Positions 1 to 12,288 of a DNA stretch of 64,000 bases are shown here, piece after piece; position 1 is the first letter of the stretch; each line of letters begins with the position of its first letter. The notes beneath the pieces were generated by a model. It did not search any database. It was not told the DNA's origin and worked only from the letters and a program-made list of their open reading frames with translations. The position numbers and the translations under genes were made by a program. Source of the stretch: Balanoglossus misakiensis (Eukaryota > Animalia > Hemichordata); assembly GCA_040954595.2 (NCBI GenBank), contig CM082580.2, positions 3,462,783-3,526,782 of the forward strand, read 5' to 3'.

Positions 1-2304
1 GTGTCTTTTATTCAGTCAAATTAGATGTTTTTTCACCACATTGGCTGTCTTTGCCAGTACTTTTAGCTGGTCACACTGTTTTCAAAATACCATGCGATCA
101 TTATGAAGCATATACAGCAGACAAAGTTGTGGTATGACTGAACTTGCCCTTGTTTGTTCGAAAAGCATGACTGGCCTGTCTTAGGTTGTCTCCTCATTGG
201 AGGCCTTACCCGTCATGGGCTCACAGTCTGAGAAATCAGCTCTGCAGGGAAGTTAACGATGTAACCCACCATTAAAGCTTGTATTTCCGCTTTCTTTTTA
301 TTTGATGCCTGGCTGAGGCCTGTCTTAGGTTCTACCCAACTTTGAGTAAACTTACCCGTCATTGGCACACAGACTCAGGAAGGGAAGCAAACAGTTCAGC
401 ATACCATTAAAGCCATTATATTTTCCATTCTTTTTGATGTAGACAAATGTTGATCTCAAATTTATCAAGGAAGAGAATAAGAGCAGCTAAAATTTAGACT
501 TAAATAAAAAATCTAAATTTGTGAATGTAGGGGATGCCAAGATTGGCGTGATGGAACTACGTAATGGAATATTATGTCTTACCTCATTAAATATGTACAT
601 TCCTAATGCTAGACTAACCAATAGGGCTAGAAGTCTCGCTTTTCTTGGATATGGATCAGAAGGGATTGACTTTTTGTGACTAATATTTGGGTGACCTTAG
701 ACCTACATTTCCATATCTCAGCATCCTGAAGATACAGCCTTGGCATCCCCTATATTCACAAATTTAGATTTTTTATTAAGGTCTGAATTTTAGCTGCCAT
801 TATTCTCTTGTTTTGAATGACATGGATTGATATAAAGATGCCAGATTATGAACTGCCAGCTAATCACAGTGCTCTTGCTGTGTTTTGTGTCTTTTATTCA
901 GTCAAATTAGATGTTTTTTCACCACATTGGCTGTCTTTGCCAGTACTTTTAGCTGGTCACACTGTTTTCAAAATACCATGCGATCATTATGAAGCATATA
1001 CAGCAGACAAAGTTGTGGTATGACTGAACTTGCCCTTGTTTGTTCGAAAAGCATGACTGGCCTGTCTTAGGTTGTCTCCTCATTGGAGGCCTTACCCGTC
1101 ATGGGCTCACAGTCTGAGAAATCAGCTCTGCAGGGAAGTTAACGATGTAACCCACCATTAAAGCTTGTATTTCCGCTTTCTTTTTATTTGATGCCTGGCT
1201 GAGGCCTGTCTTAGGTTCTACCCAACTTTGAGTAAACTTACCCGTCATTGGCACACAGACTCAGGAAGGGAAGCAAACAGTTCAGCATACCATTAAAGCC
1301 ATTATATTTTCCATTCTTTTTGATGTAGACAAATGTTGATCTCAAATTTATCAAGGAAGAGAATAATAGAAGCTAAAATTTAGACTTGAATAAAAAATCT
1401 AAATTTGTGAATGTAGGGGATGCCAAGGTTGGCGTGATGGAACTACGTAATGGAATATTATGTCTTACCTTATTAAATATGTACATTCCTAATGCTAGAC
1501 TAACCAATAGGGCTAGAAGTCTCGCTTTTCTTGGATATGGATCAGAAGGGGTTGACTTTTTGTGACTAATATTTGGGTGACCTCAGGGTGACCCTAGACC
1601 TACATTTCCATATCTCAGCATCCTGAAGATACAGCCTTGGCATCCCCTAAATTCACAAATTTAGATTTTTTATTAAGGTCTGAATTTTAGCTGCCATTAT
1701 TCTCTTGCTTTGAATGACAGATTGATGTACAGATGCCAGATTATGAACTGCCAGCTGTGTTTTTATGTCTTTTATTCAGTCAAATTAGATGTTTTTTTCA
1801 CCACATTGGCTGTCTTTGCTAGTACTTTTAGCTGGTCACACTGTTTTCAAAATACCATGCGATCATTATGAAGCATATACAGCAGACAAAGTTGAGGTAT
1901 GACTGAACTTGCCCTTGTTTGTTCGAAAAGCATGACTGGCCTGTCTTAGGTTGTCTCCTCATTGGAGGCCTTACCCGTCATGGGCTCACAGTCTGAGAAA
2001 TCAGCTCTGCAGGGAAGTTAACGATGTAACCGACCATTAAAGCTTGTATTTCCGCTTTCTTTTTATTTGATGCCTGGCTGAGGCCTGTCTTAGGTTCTAC
2101 CCAACTTTGAGTAAACTTACCCGTCATTGGCACACAGACTCAGGAAGGGAAGCAAACAGTTCAGCATACCATTAAAGCCATTATATTTTCCATTCTTTTT
2201 GATGTAGACAAATGTTGATCTCAAATTTATCAAGAAGAGAATAATAGCAGCTAAAATTTAGACTTAAATAAAAAATCTAAATTTGTGAATGTAGGGGATG
2301 CCAA
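1..2304. repeat. tandem array of ~880-bp units (about 2.6 copies visible, open at window start)
   Basis: Near-identical units in register at 1, 887 and 1765; each has an ~70-bp inverted repeat (471-541 / 739-810) and an ~60-bp internal direct duplication (172-233 / 317-381). Confidence 0.95.
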
Positions 2305-2725
2305 AGCAAAAATGACAAAAAAATTGCCCCAAAATTACAAATTTTGTGACAATATAAACAAAAGTAACTAAGATCACCTATAAGATGATTCATACTAAAA
2401 GCTAAAGAAATCAGCCAATCACTTTCAGAGAATTTTTTTTTTACCAATTGGCAATAGTGTGGAAAAAGACAAAAAATTGCATAAAAAAATAGACAATTCA
2501 CGATATAAGTATATTACCGTAGGAGTGACATAAGCTACATGCATACAAATGTTCAAAGCAATCTGACCAGTTGTTGAGTTTCTGAGTTTTGATCAAGATT
2601 TTTCCAGGTATTTTTGGCAATGACAACTTCATTTGAACAATCGCATCTACAGGCTGGCCTGCATCTACACATCAAATATCAAGGTGATACACAAAGAGGT
2701 TTTCAAGTTTTTGATGTGGGCGGAC

Positions 2726-2801
2726 ATGCATGCATGCATGCATGCATGCATACATACATACATACATACATACCTACATACATTCAAACATACATACATA
2801 C
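2726..2801. repeat. (CATG)n(CATA)n microsatellite
   Basis: Seen directly. Confidence 0.9.
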
Positions 2802-3839
2802 AGAGGCAAGTGAAAGGTAAGAAAGCACGAGCAAAAATGCAGCAAATCTATGTTGTGACACTGGTATTAGGCCTTAATGTTTACGATATCAGGATATGAA
2901 GTTGTAGTATGTATTCATAATCATTGCGAGAAGCAAATTTTGAAAATGTGAAATTGATATATCTGTACAAATACAATACTGGAGTGCATGCATGGTGTCT
3001 AAATAAAACGTGCTGGCAAGAAGAATCAATGTTATTTTACTTTTTTTCTCCTCTATAGCTTATCCAGTTTGTGTAGAGATAGTTGTAATAAAGTCAGTTG
3101 AATATTTGTTTGTATATTTTTGTCAGAGATCTAAATATTTGCAGTGTTTTTGCTAAGGTCGGGGAACATAGGTAAATGGCCGGGGAACTCAGGTAACATG
3201 TTGACCATGTACACCCCCCCCCCCCCCCCATCCCCCACTGCCGGCTTAAGCGCAAAGACTGAATGACTACATCCATTATAACATACATGTGTATTTTCCA
3301 CATCATAATGCATAAGTTAACACACTCCAATATTGATATGACAATCAACATAACTACCATGGTCCGGTAGCCCTATCTTTTGATTCATGAAAATGGATTA
3401 AAGTTAATTTTCTTCCATCAAATTCAATGATCAACTGTTTTTTTGTGGTAAAAATGCCATTTTCCAGGGTGTTTTACGCAACAAAATTGTGCAACTTTAC
3501 TATTACTGTTACATTCATATGCACTTTAGTTTAACAAATCATTTAAAGACTTTTGACTGTGATAGTACAAATTTCAATAACCTCCCCATGAAGACCTAGT
3601 AAAACAATTTTCACCCAAAGATCTGCTGGGTTCCTAAATTATTTAGAATATTTGGCTAAAATTTAAGTGACCCCAACCCCTCCCCCCCCCTTGGATTTTG
3701 CTGCCACCCCTCGGCCGTAAAAACTGAACAGTCCCTAAAGCAATGATTTCGGTCCTGATAAAATCGACAAATTACTGATGGAAATTACTGTTATGCTGCT
3801 GAAAAAACCCACAAAAAAACGCCTGCCTTTTTGCTTCTT

Positions 3840-4110
3840 TTTGACATCACTAATTGCCCTTGAACATCAATCTCACGGGTGTCTGCAGCGGCCGTGTGTA
3901 CAAGTATTCTGCAGACGCGTGGACACATGCCAGGACCTCTAACAAAAGTTGCTACATCTTTTGTTAAGTTTTGGATATTTTGTTGCGACCGGAACTGAGC
4001 TGCGTTAGTTGTTGCAATTTGTGCGTTACTACGTCAATGATACTATTTATAGAACGCCTATCTAAAGATAACTGGTGCGCTGAGTGAAATGGGCAACGCG
4101 TACGTACTGT
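3840..4110. repeat. diverged dispersed repeat, reverse-complement homolog of 10695-10960
   Basis: gtacaagtattctgcagac..aacaaaagttgctacatcttttg..tctaaagataactggtgc matches the reverse complement at 10.7-10.95 kb. Confidence 0.8.
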
Positions 4111-7100
4111 TTCAAGATCCGGTGAAATGCGATCGTGACTCGACAACGCGTGATACATGATTTTTTCTACTTTGCGTGTTCCCTGGGGAACTCCGGTAAC
4201 ATTTACCAGGGTACCGGCCTTAACAAAAACACTGATTTGAATTGTCCACCTAAAATGGAGGTTGAAAACGTAACATAAAAATTGCTAGTGAAACATGTAT
4301 ATCCTCAATAAATATGCATGGGTATTTATAATTTAATAATTTGCGTTGGAATGCATGACCATACTAAGATTCAATTAAAATCTTCATAGATTTCAACATA
4401 GCTTGCTAAAAGGCTTTATTTTACTCCTGAAAATCACCTGACGTTCGTCACTCATGGTGTCCCTTTTGTTACATACATAACAATAACATTTTAAAACTAT
4501 AACTAGCACTAATTTTTCAAATCAGGATTCAACAAATTGATGATATGCACTTCGGATATTTTCATCAGTTTATAGAAGTTTACCACTAGCCAAAATTAAT
4601 GAGTTATAACAGCTTGAATTTCATCCGCAAGCCATCGTGTCCATTTCGCGACGAACGTAACTCTCTAATTTTAGAAATATCAACCAAAGACGCAACATTC
4701 TGACGTCATGCTTTTGCTACGCTATACTTTATTGGCGGGAAATATTCTCTATCTGCGGTGTCCTCACGGTTATTCGAGTGTAACGTATGTTACGTGAAAT
4801 TTGCTGTCCAATCGAGTGGAGGAAATGTGCATTTATTGGATGTTTTTCAACATCGTACCACAATAAGAGGTAAGTTGAAATGTTCAACTACAGTAAGTGA
4901 AATTATTTCTTTCGTGTTTTTGAGTCAGTGGCCCACATTTTAAAATATTTTACAGAGGGGTAGAGCCTGGCAGTAAATCATGGTTCACGGACATGTAGTC
5001 TTCATGACAAACATTGCGATTTTCCAGGAAACAGTCGGCGATCCCGTAAGCTTGACCAAAAATGGGGAGATTTCTTTTGCTAGTAGTTATGTACCCGTTC
5101 ATAATTTTCACCCTTGCACTTGCATGTTGCGATGAAGTCTGCAATAAGGTGACCCCCCTTAGGTGATTGATATTGGAGTTTTGGCACTTAAATAATTGTT
5201 CATTCGTATAATTACTGGTCTGTTTACGATGGGGAATTCGTTTTGGAAATATTGGTAGTTCTGTATAAGGCGTGACCTAATGACCACTACAATCTGTAAA
5301 CACGCGACCTTGCTATCATCCCAGATTTATTGTTTTGGTTTTCATTTTGAAAAAAAAATGATGTACACTTATAATTTGGACAGCATTTGTGAAAAAAATT
5401 GGCAATGTAAACATTAATAATATTTCATTTTATCTCATTTTCAGGTCATACAGCTGTTCCAGTTTTATGCAGTATACTACAGTAGGACCTACTACATTGG
5501 AAAGCTGATAGCCATTATTGATGGGCTTTTCATCTTTAAATTTCTCCACAAGAAAGGCGTTAGGGAGTTAATTTGGCCAAATTGGGAGGACACTGACAAT
5601 ATCAGCAGGGAGAGAATTTGGGGGGACCAATCCCTTTCATTGGTTATTAAATTAATGTAAAGTTGTTGATGTTTGATCCTGCTGTTGTTGTGCTTGTGTT
5701 TTGTATGGTAAATTGATCTGTTCAGGCTCTGTTGATACATGTGACGCAGAATGCTACATAATAACACTACTGCGCAATGTGAGTCTACGCAGAAGAGGTT
5801 TGGTCGCCCCAAATCTAGTGACTCAGCAAAGAAACACACACTATTATTCGGCAAAATTCTGGGAAGATAAATATATGGGACGAAATCGTAGATGGAACCA
5901 GATCAAATCCCAAAATGTTCTGACATCAAATGTCGAAGTGGCACGTTTGATCGACGTGTACAATATTTCTGATGTAAACAATCCCGCGCATCATTTCAAG
6001 TATCACAGGCAATATTCACGGCTTGCATGTAGCTACAGTTGCCCAAACCTTTCTAATATCTTCATTATGTAGTATTCCGTGATGAATGTACGGGGAAAAC
6101 GGGCAATTTTTTGATGATGAAAATTGGATAAACACGAGAAATATCGGGGCTTTGAGCTATGTAGGCTAACATTCTGAACACAGGGAACAGTTCTCCATAT
6201 TCATATTTTAATACGATAATATTCACTGAAAATGGCGCGTCCATGGGCAGGCAAAGTCAGTTCCAACTCGGCTTGCAAATCAGACCCATGTCCCTTGTTC
6301 CCTGAGACTGTCTTGGTTTTAATACTAGCTGTAAGAATGTTATCATTGACCGAACTGCTGGTCCAATTTTGCAACATTTTACGATTTCAAGCTGTGCATA
6401 CGTAACTCTGTTTCAACTTTGGTTGGTGGGAAAACAATGAAGCCATTTCACTGAAAAAATAGCGCTACTAGCCGACGTCAATATTTGTTTACAGTTAAAT
6501 GCATAGCCAACAGAAAAATGCATACAAACAATTTCTTTTGTGTATAATACCCACTTTTTTGCATAACTGCGAACTCAGTCACAGTTGTGAAATTCTAAGG
6601 AAATTCATAAATTGGGTAGAATTCGTGTTTTATGGAATCTTAGTAAACAAACTTAGTCACGAAATCTAAATGATTACCTCAGAGTAACCATGTAATATTT
6701 GGACGGTCATCAATTACTTGAAATGACTCACATATTACACGGTAAAAATTAATAAAGCTTAAATAATACTCACTGAAACTCTATGCTAACCGAGTTTCCA
6801 GGCCATCTCCAGAGGTAAGTTACTCCAGCAGGATTGGATTCAAGCGCATACACAAATCAAAACACATATGACGCTGCGAGTCCCTTTCACTGAATACACA
6901 CGTGGCGGCTCGACTTCTGGGATATAACTGTCTTTAATTAATGTGCATCTGATTCCATACAAATCCATATGATTACCTGAATGTACACAAATTAATTCAA
7001 AATAAATAAATTAAAATAAATAAATAAGTATCTCATACACATGCATAGTGCTTATGAGAAACATATACTGTATCTAAATAAACCTGTCATTGATTGTCCC

Positions 7101-7146
7101 CATTTTCCTAGTATTAAACCAAAGGACTAAATTGCACTTCTATATT

Positions 7147-8178
7147 CAGTCCCTGTTCACTCCATAAATGGAGACGTGTTAAATTGTACTGCACATGCTC
7201 AGAAATAAATTTGCATATCCCGCGAAGTTCGCAAGTGAGTATCACTCGCTGATTTGTTTACACGTAGACTTCGGTGATTTTCGACCTTATGGAGCGGCAA
7301 CTTCGGAAAATTTCGATGTGTGACGTTACTAGCACATTCCAGAAGACAGCATGGCATCGTCTGTACAAGATGAGTGAAATACTTAGAAAGATATCGCCAC
7401 ATACAGTGACCGATCTGACTGGGCTGCGTCCATGTTTTTCTCTTGAAATCATCGACAGTGTTATACACCTCTGTATCAATGCTGTTCTAGTGACTTTTTC
7501 ACACCCGTTCTTCTTGTTTTGAGTGAATAGGATAGTCAACTAACTACTGCTGGACAATGGGCGCGAGTTTCATGGCTCTCACATGATGGGGTAATTTGGG
7601 GTAACATTTTGAAAATACCATGTCATGTTCAGAACGCGGTTAGGGTGTATGTATGTGAACAGTGATACATGTACATGTGGGGAAGCGTTAAAATGCGGGT
7701 TGCGGGTTGCCGATTGCGGGTTGTAAAATATCGTTGTGGTTTGATAATTAAAGAATAATAATGTTATATGTCAAAAGAAACGATCAAATGATTGCTTCCC
7801 AGAAGTTTAATTTGCGCTACGACTCCGGCAGCGGACTTTGACCCTCACACTCACTACTGTGTGCGAGGTCTCATTAGCATAATCCCAGTCACTTCCAGCG
7901 GGTAGTACTCGCTGAAATACGTAAACAGTCCAGTGAGTTTTTCACGAAAGGAGTTTTGGGACCAGAAATAATCAGAGTTCAGGCTTGTATAGGTCGTTTT
8001 ATTGAATTACGCTCACTTTGCTTTCTGTTGCCATACATGTGTAGGTCGTAAATTTAACACGTCTCCATTTATGGAGTGAACAGGGAATGTTGTACGCATG
8101 TGCACATCTGAGTTCACGAGGTTAAACGTACTGCGGTTGCGCAGAACACGTCTCCATTTATGGAGTGAACAGGGACTG
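7147..8178. mobile_element. non-autonomous DNA transposon, ~34-bp TIR, 5-bp TSD ATATT
   Basis: TIR CAGTCCCTGTTCACTCCATAAATGGAGACGTGTT at both ends; ATATT at 7142-7146 and 8179-8183; extra internal right-TIR copy at 8051-8089. Confidence 0.88.
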
Positions 8179-10410
8179 ATATTACAGCTTCAATGCAGTT
8201 TTGATTCTAGCAACAGGTACACCTCATCAAAAGGGAGCAAATATGCCAGCTTGACATTCATATAAACAGTGTCAAAATATTGGTGGCCACAAAAACTTTT
8301 GTCCCTTCAATCCATCCATAAAGAAACCACATGTAAATGGCACACAAAATGTAAGAATCAAACGTAATTCTCACCAAAACTATTTCTCCAATGCTTCCAA
8401 TGAAGAAACTGACATCGATATCCTACCGGTGTATTGTACACACTGAAAAAATACAAGAAAAATCATAAATATCTCAATATCTCCAAGTGCATAAATACAT
8501 GGTACACGGTACTTGTCAGGTATTCAAATGTGACAGGCACACTAAATTCCAGTGCATGACTCTAAGAAACAAATGTTTCTATGAAGCTTCTGATAAATCA
8601 CACAATAAACAGGTGTGTTCCAATATTCTTTTGATACATAAGCCAATGCAAGTGGCATATATCATTTTCACCAGAATTTGATCAAATGCGACTTCCTTCA
8701 CTTCAGGAACGTGTATACCAAATTTCAAAGCAATGGGACAAGTTGTCGCAGAGAAAATTATTTATCAAAATGTTCATGGAGTGACAGACGGATTTAACCG
8801 ATGGATGAAAGGGGAAATGATGATAATTCTCCGATCTGCTATGCTTTATGTAATTGACATTGGTTCTAAAAATATAGAGTATCATGAAATCAACGAATAT
8901 TCCCTAAAATGTCTGTTTCTCTTAATATCTCTGGTATTGAGACTTGTTAACAACTTATACACTTATGATAGGATATTAAAATACATGTAATAGGTTACAA
9001 ATCCACTTACATTATGAATATTACGGTCTAGTGCAACAAGCAGGTTCCATGCTCTACAGACAGGTGGCAAGTATGCAAACCTCTTACCAGTGGGACCCCC
9101 TCTCTAGGTTTGGTAATCTGGTCGTTGTTGTTGGGCACTGCGTTGTGTTCTCCGGGCCCAAACCAAGTCACTCAGGGAACACAGCTGACCCGACACACAA
9201 TATATATGTTCATCACACACTTATTGCTTGGTCAGCGGCTCCATCTACTCATAGCAGCCGAGTTAGCAAAGAGAGAAAAACGAGAATTACAATACTGATT
9301 CCCAAAACCGAAAGAAAATATACAAAGCACACATGTAGCTCTATGACAGAAAATACTACGGCGCATGAAATACTGCTATAATCCAATATTCACATATTTC
9401 AGACAGGCGATAACAGTAATGTCCAAGTATTGTTTGACCATGGCAGTCCACTGTAACGCATGTGACTGTTCCTTGTACTTTCATCATCTCTGAATAAAAG
9501 CTCAAAAAAATCACAAAATCATCAAACATTCTTCCAAATTATAACAGTTGACTGTTCTTGAGACACTAATACATCATTACATCTCAATAACAGAAGTGGA
9601 TGTCAATGATTTAACGCTCCATGAACGATTTATAAGAGTGACAAAAAGTTACCAACCTACTCATAGCAGCCAAGTTAGCAAAGAGAACTGTTGTACCTCT
9701 GTGCTCCCATGAGGGCGCCGTACACCTGGTCAAGGTTCACATTATGCAAATACGTACTGGTACAGTCATTGGAAGAACAGCACCGTCAATAAATTATCAG
9801 AAATAAAACCAAGAATCATCCTTGTATCACAAAATCCGGGTCACACCAGTATACATCAGTAGTGACAGTACCGTACATGCTACTGAAAAATTTCGAGTTC
9901 CGCTGTACTCCTGGAAATAGAAACATAAAATTTATCATTAACTACATCTGCACTTTGCCTTGACTATAGCCCAGAAGAAATACAAATGAGAAATGTTTGC
10001 CCTCCGATTGGCAAGAATGTTGTAACAGTGTTGTATTTTCTGACAATAGTCAATAAACATAGTACAAAGTATATTCTCCTAAACGGGGTGAAATGAATAA
10101 ATTTTTTTAAGGAAAAAGACCAATCAATCAATTTAAATCATGTCATTTTGGGATATATCAGTGTTTAAACCATGTACGGTACAACAGATGAAGTTTGTTG
10201 TGCATGTACACTTTCGTTTGATGGATACTAGTGTCGCCCACTCCCACGCGAGTGGCACGGGGGAGGTCCAAACACGGGGAGCGGGTGCGGCCAGAAACTC
10301 CTATCTATTCCAAGGGCACGAATCCGTAGGCACAGCGTTGAATTTCTATGCATGAGCCTACCCCACTGAGTCGTATCTCCAAAGCAACACGTGACACATA
10401 CACCAGGAAA

Positions 10411-11034
10411 CAGGGTTCTCCCCAGGCCCAAATAGCGTCAGGGCCCCCGACGCTATCACTAACGGCCTCGACGCTATGGCTCCCCCCCCCCCCCCCGACG
10501 CTTTTATGTCTGTCCGCTATGCTAACGCGTTATTGTCAACTCCCCTATTTTTGCCTTAAGTCCGCTTTTGTTTTTACCATAACTTGCTACTTCCTTTCAA
10601 TTCTTGATGAATAGTGAACACAACTGAGTCATTTCACACCTTTCACAGTGTTAATCACGGCTTTAATCACCCTAGAAGCAATGCAGCTCTGCACAGTACA
10701 CTGCCCATTTCATTCAGTGCACCAGTTATCTTTAGACAGGCGTCCTATAAATAGCATCATAGCCCTAGTAACACACACGCACGCACGCACAGATGGCAAC
10801 AAGTGAGCGTACGCATTTTGCAACACCTTATCTAAACTTGTCAAAAGATGTAGCAACTTTTGTTGGAGGTCATGCTATGCGTCCACAAGTCTGCAGAATA
10901 CTTGTACACTACACACAGGATAGCAGACTGCATAATTGAGGGGCCACAGTGATGTCAAATAGAAGTTAATGTTATATGTAAATTAATATGCAAATTAGCC
11001 CTGACGCTATGATTTTTTCCTGGGGAGAACCCTG
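10411..11034. mobile_element. non-autonomous DNA transposon (hAT-like CAGGG ends), 16-bp TIR, 5-bp TSD GGAAA
   Basis: CAGGGTTCTCCCCAGG / CCTGGGGAGAACCCTG; subterminal ATAGCGTCAGGG / CCCTGACGCTAT; GGAAA on both flanks. Confidence 0.85.
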
Positions 11035-12288
11035 GGAAATTATAATGTAATAGAATAACTTTAATGCAACGAAAACAAAAGTAATCCACATATACTGAAC
11101 TCCAGAGGGCGCCGGGCACCAAAATACTCAATGCTGCCTAATTGCAATCACTGAATATTGTTGCACCAAATACCTGACCCTCACACACTGGTGAATAACA
11201 ACAACAATCCGTAAATATCTCCTGCACTATCACCAGAAAAGATGAACAAATCTGTTTCTGTGACGTCCAATAGCACTATCTTAGCAAAACTACATCCATG
11301 TAAAACTCTGGAAAAACTCTATGCAAATAACCCCATGAATATTTGAATAAAACAGTTGTTCAAATATCATCCAATGTTCCCAAGTCTCTATATTTCCCAA
11401 CCCCTGTTGTACTTGCCAAATAGTGATGAACGCTCGTCGCTCGCTGCTGTAAACGTTCCCTCGACGTTCCGCGTCCTTAGCGATGACGTCAGCACTCTAG
11501 AAAATTCCTCCAGTGAACACTCCAGCACACTTGCTGCTCAGTCGATTTCCGTGCGCCTCCCAAAGTCCGAAAATCACTGCTACTCACAGAAAATGTACAT
11601 TCTCTCTGTCGCTGCACTGATGGGTGTTTCCCAAGCACTGTCAGCAGAATCTCCCAGTCACTACAATCTCATCAGACTCCGTTCCAATGAATTGCATCTA
11701 CACCGCGTTCACAGAACGTTTCAAAGATGGCGATCACTCTGAAAACTTTCTCCCAAAGTTCAGTCAATAGAGTTACCGGGAATCATTCAGTTCTCACCCG
11801 ATCAACTCCAAACGTCGTCTCGTACGACCTGGACGCTACCACTCACCGATCGAGAAGTGTTGGCCTTTTAGTCTATCGACGTCCGTTCTTTCCAGACAGC
11901 TTTCGATGACTCAACAACTCCGTCAACGGGTACACGTCCGCCATACACGAATTCTCTATCGCGTATCTTCCTCGTGTCTTTCCCACGCTCTCAAGTCGTA
12001 AACAACCCCCTAGGTCACTGATAACTCAATTAATCACATGACATCGCTCCAGTAAAATTACATCAAGTAACACTTCATGCTTCATGTGTATCGCTGGACA
12101 CATTTTCGTTTACACAAATATGAATTTGTAAACGCATGAATGTTACCAAAACACTACAGAAATCGAACATTTCCATCAATACTCCCTAGCAACCATAATA
12201 TACTCTCAAACATCTCATGAGGGCGCCAGACTGGTAGACTCCAAACACTACAAAATTTGGATCTGGCCACACTGTAGCGCTACAGTAT

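Noticed and set aside
817-1023. 68-aa ORF in the tandem unit
   Set aside because: Disrupted by indels in neighbouring copies; no recognisable domain.
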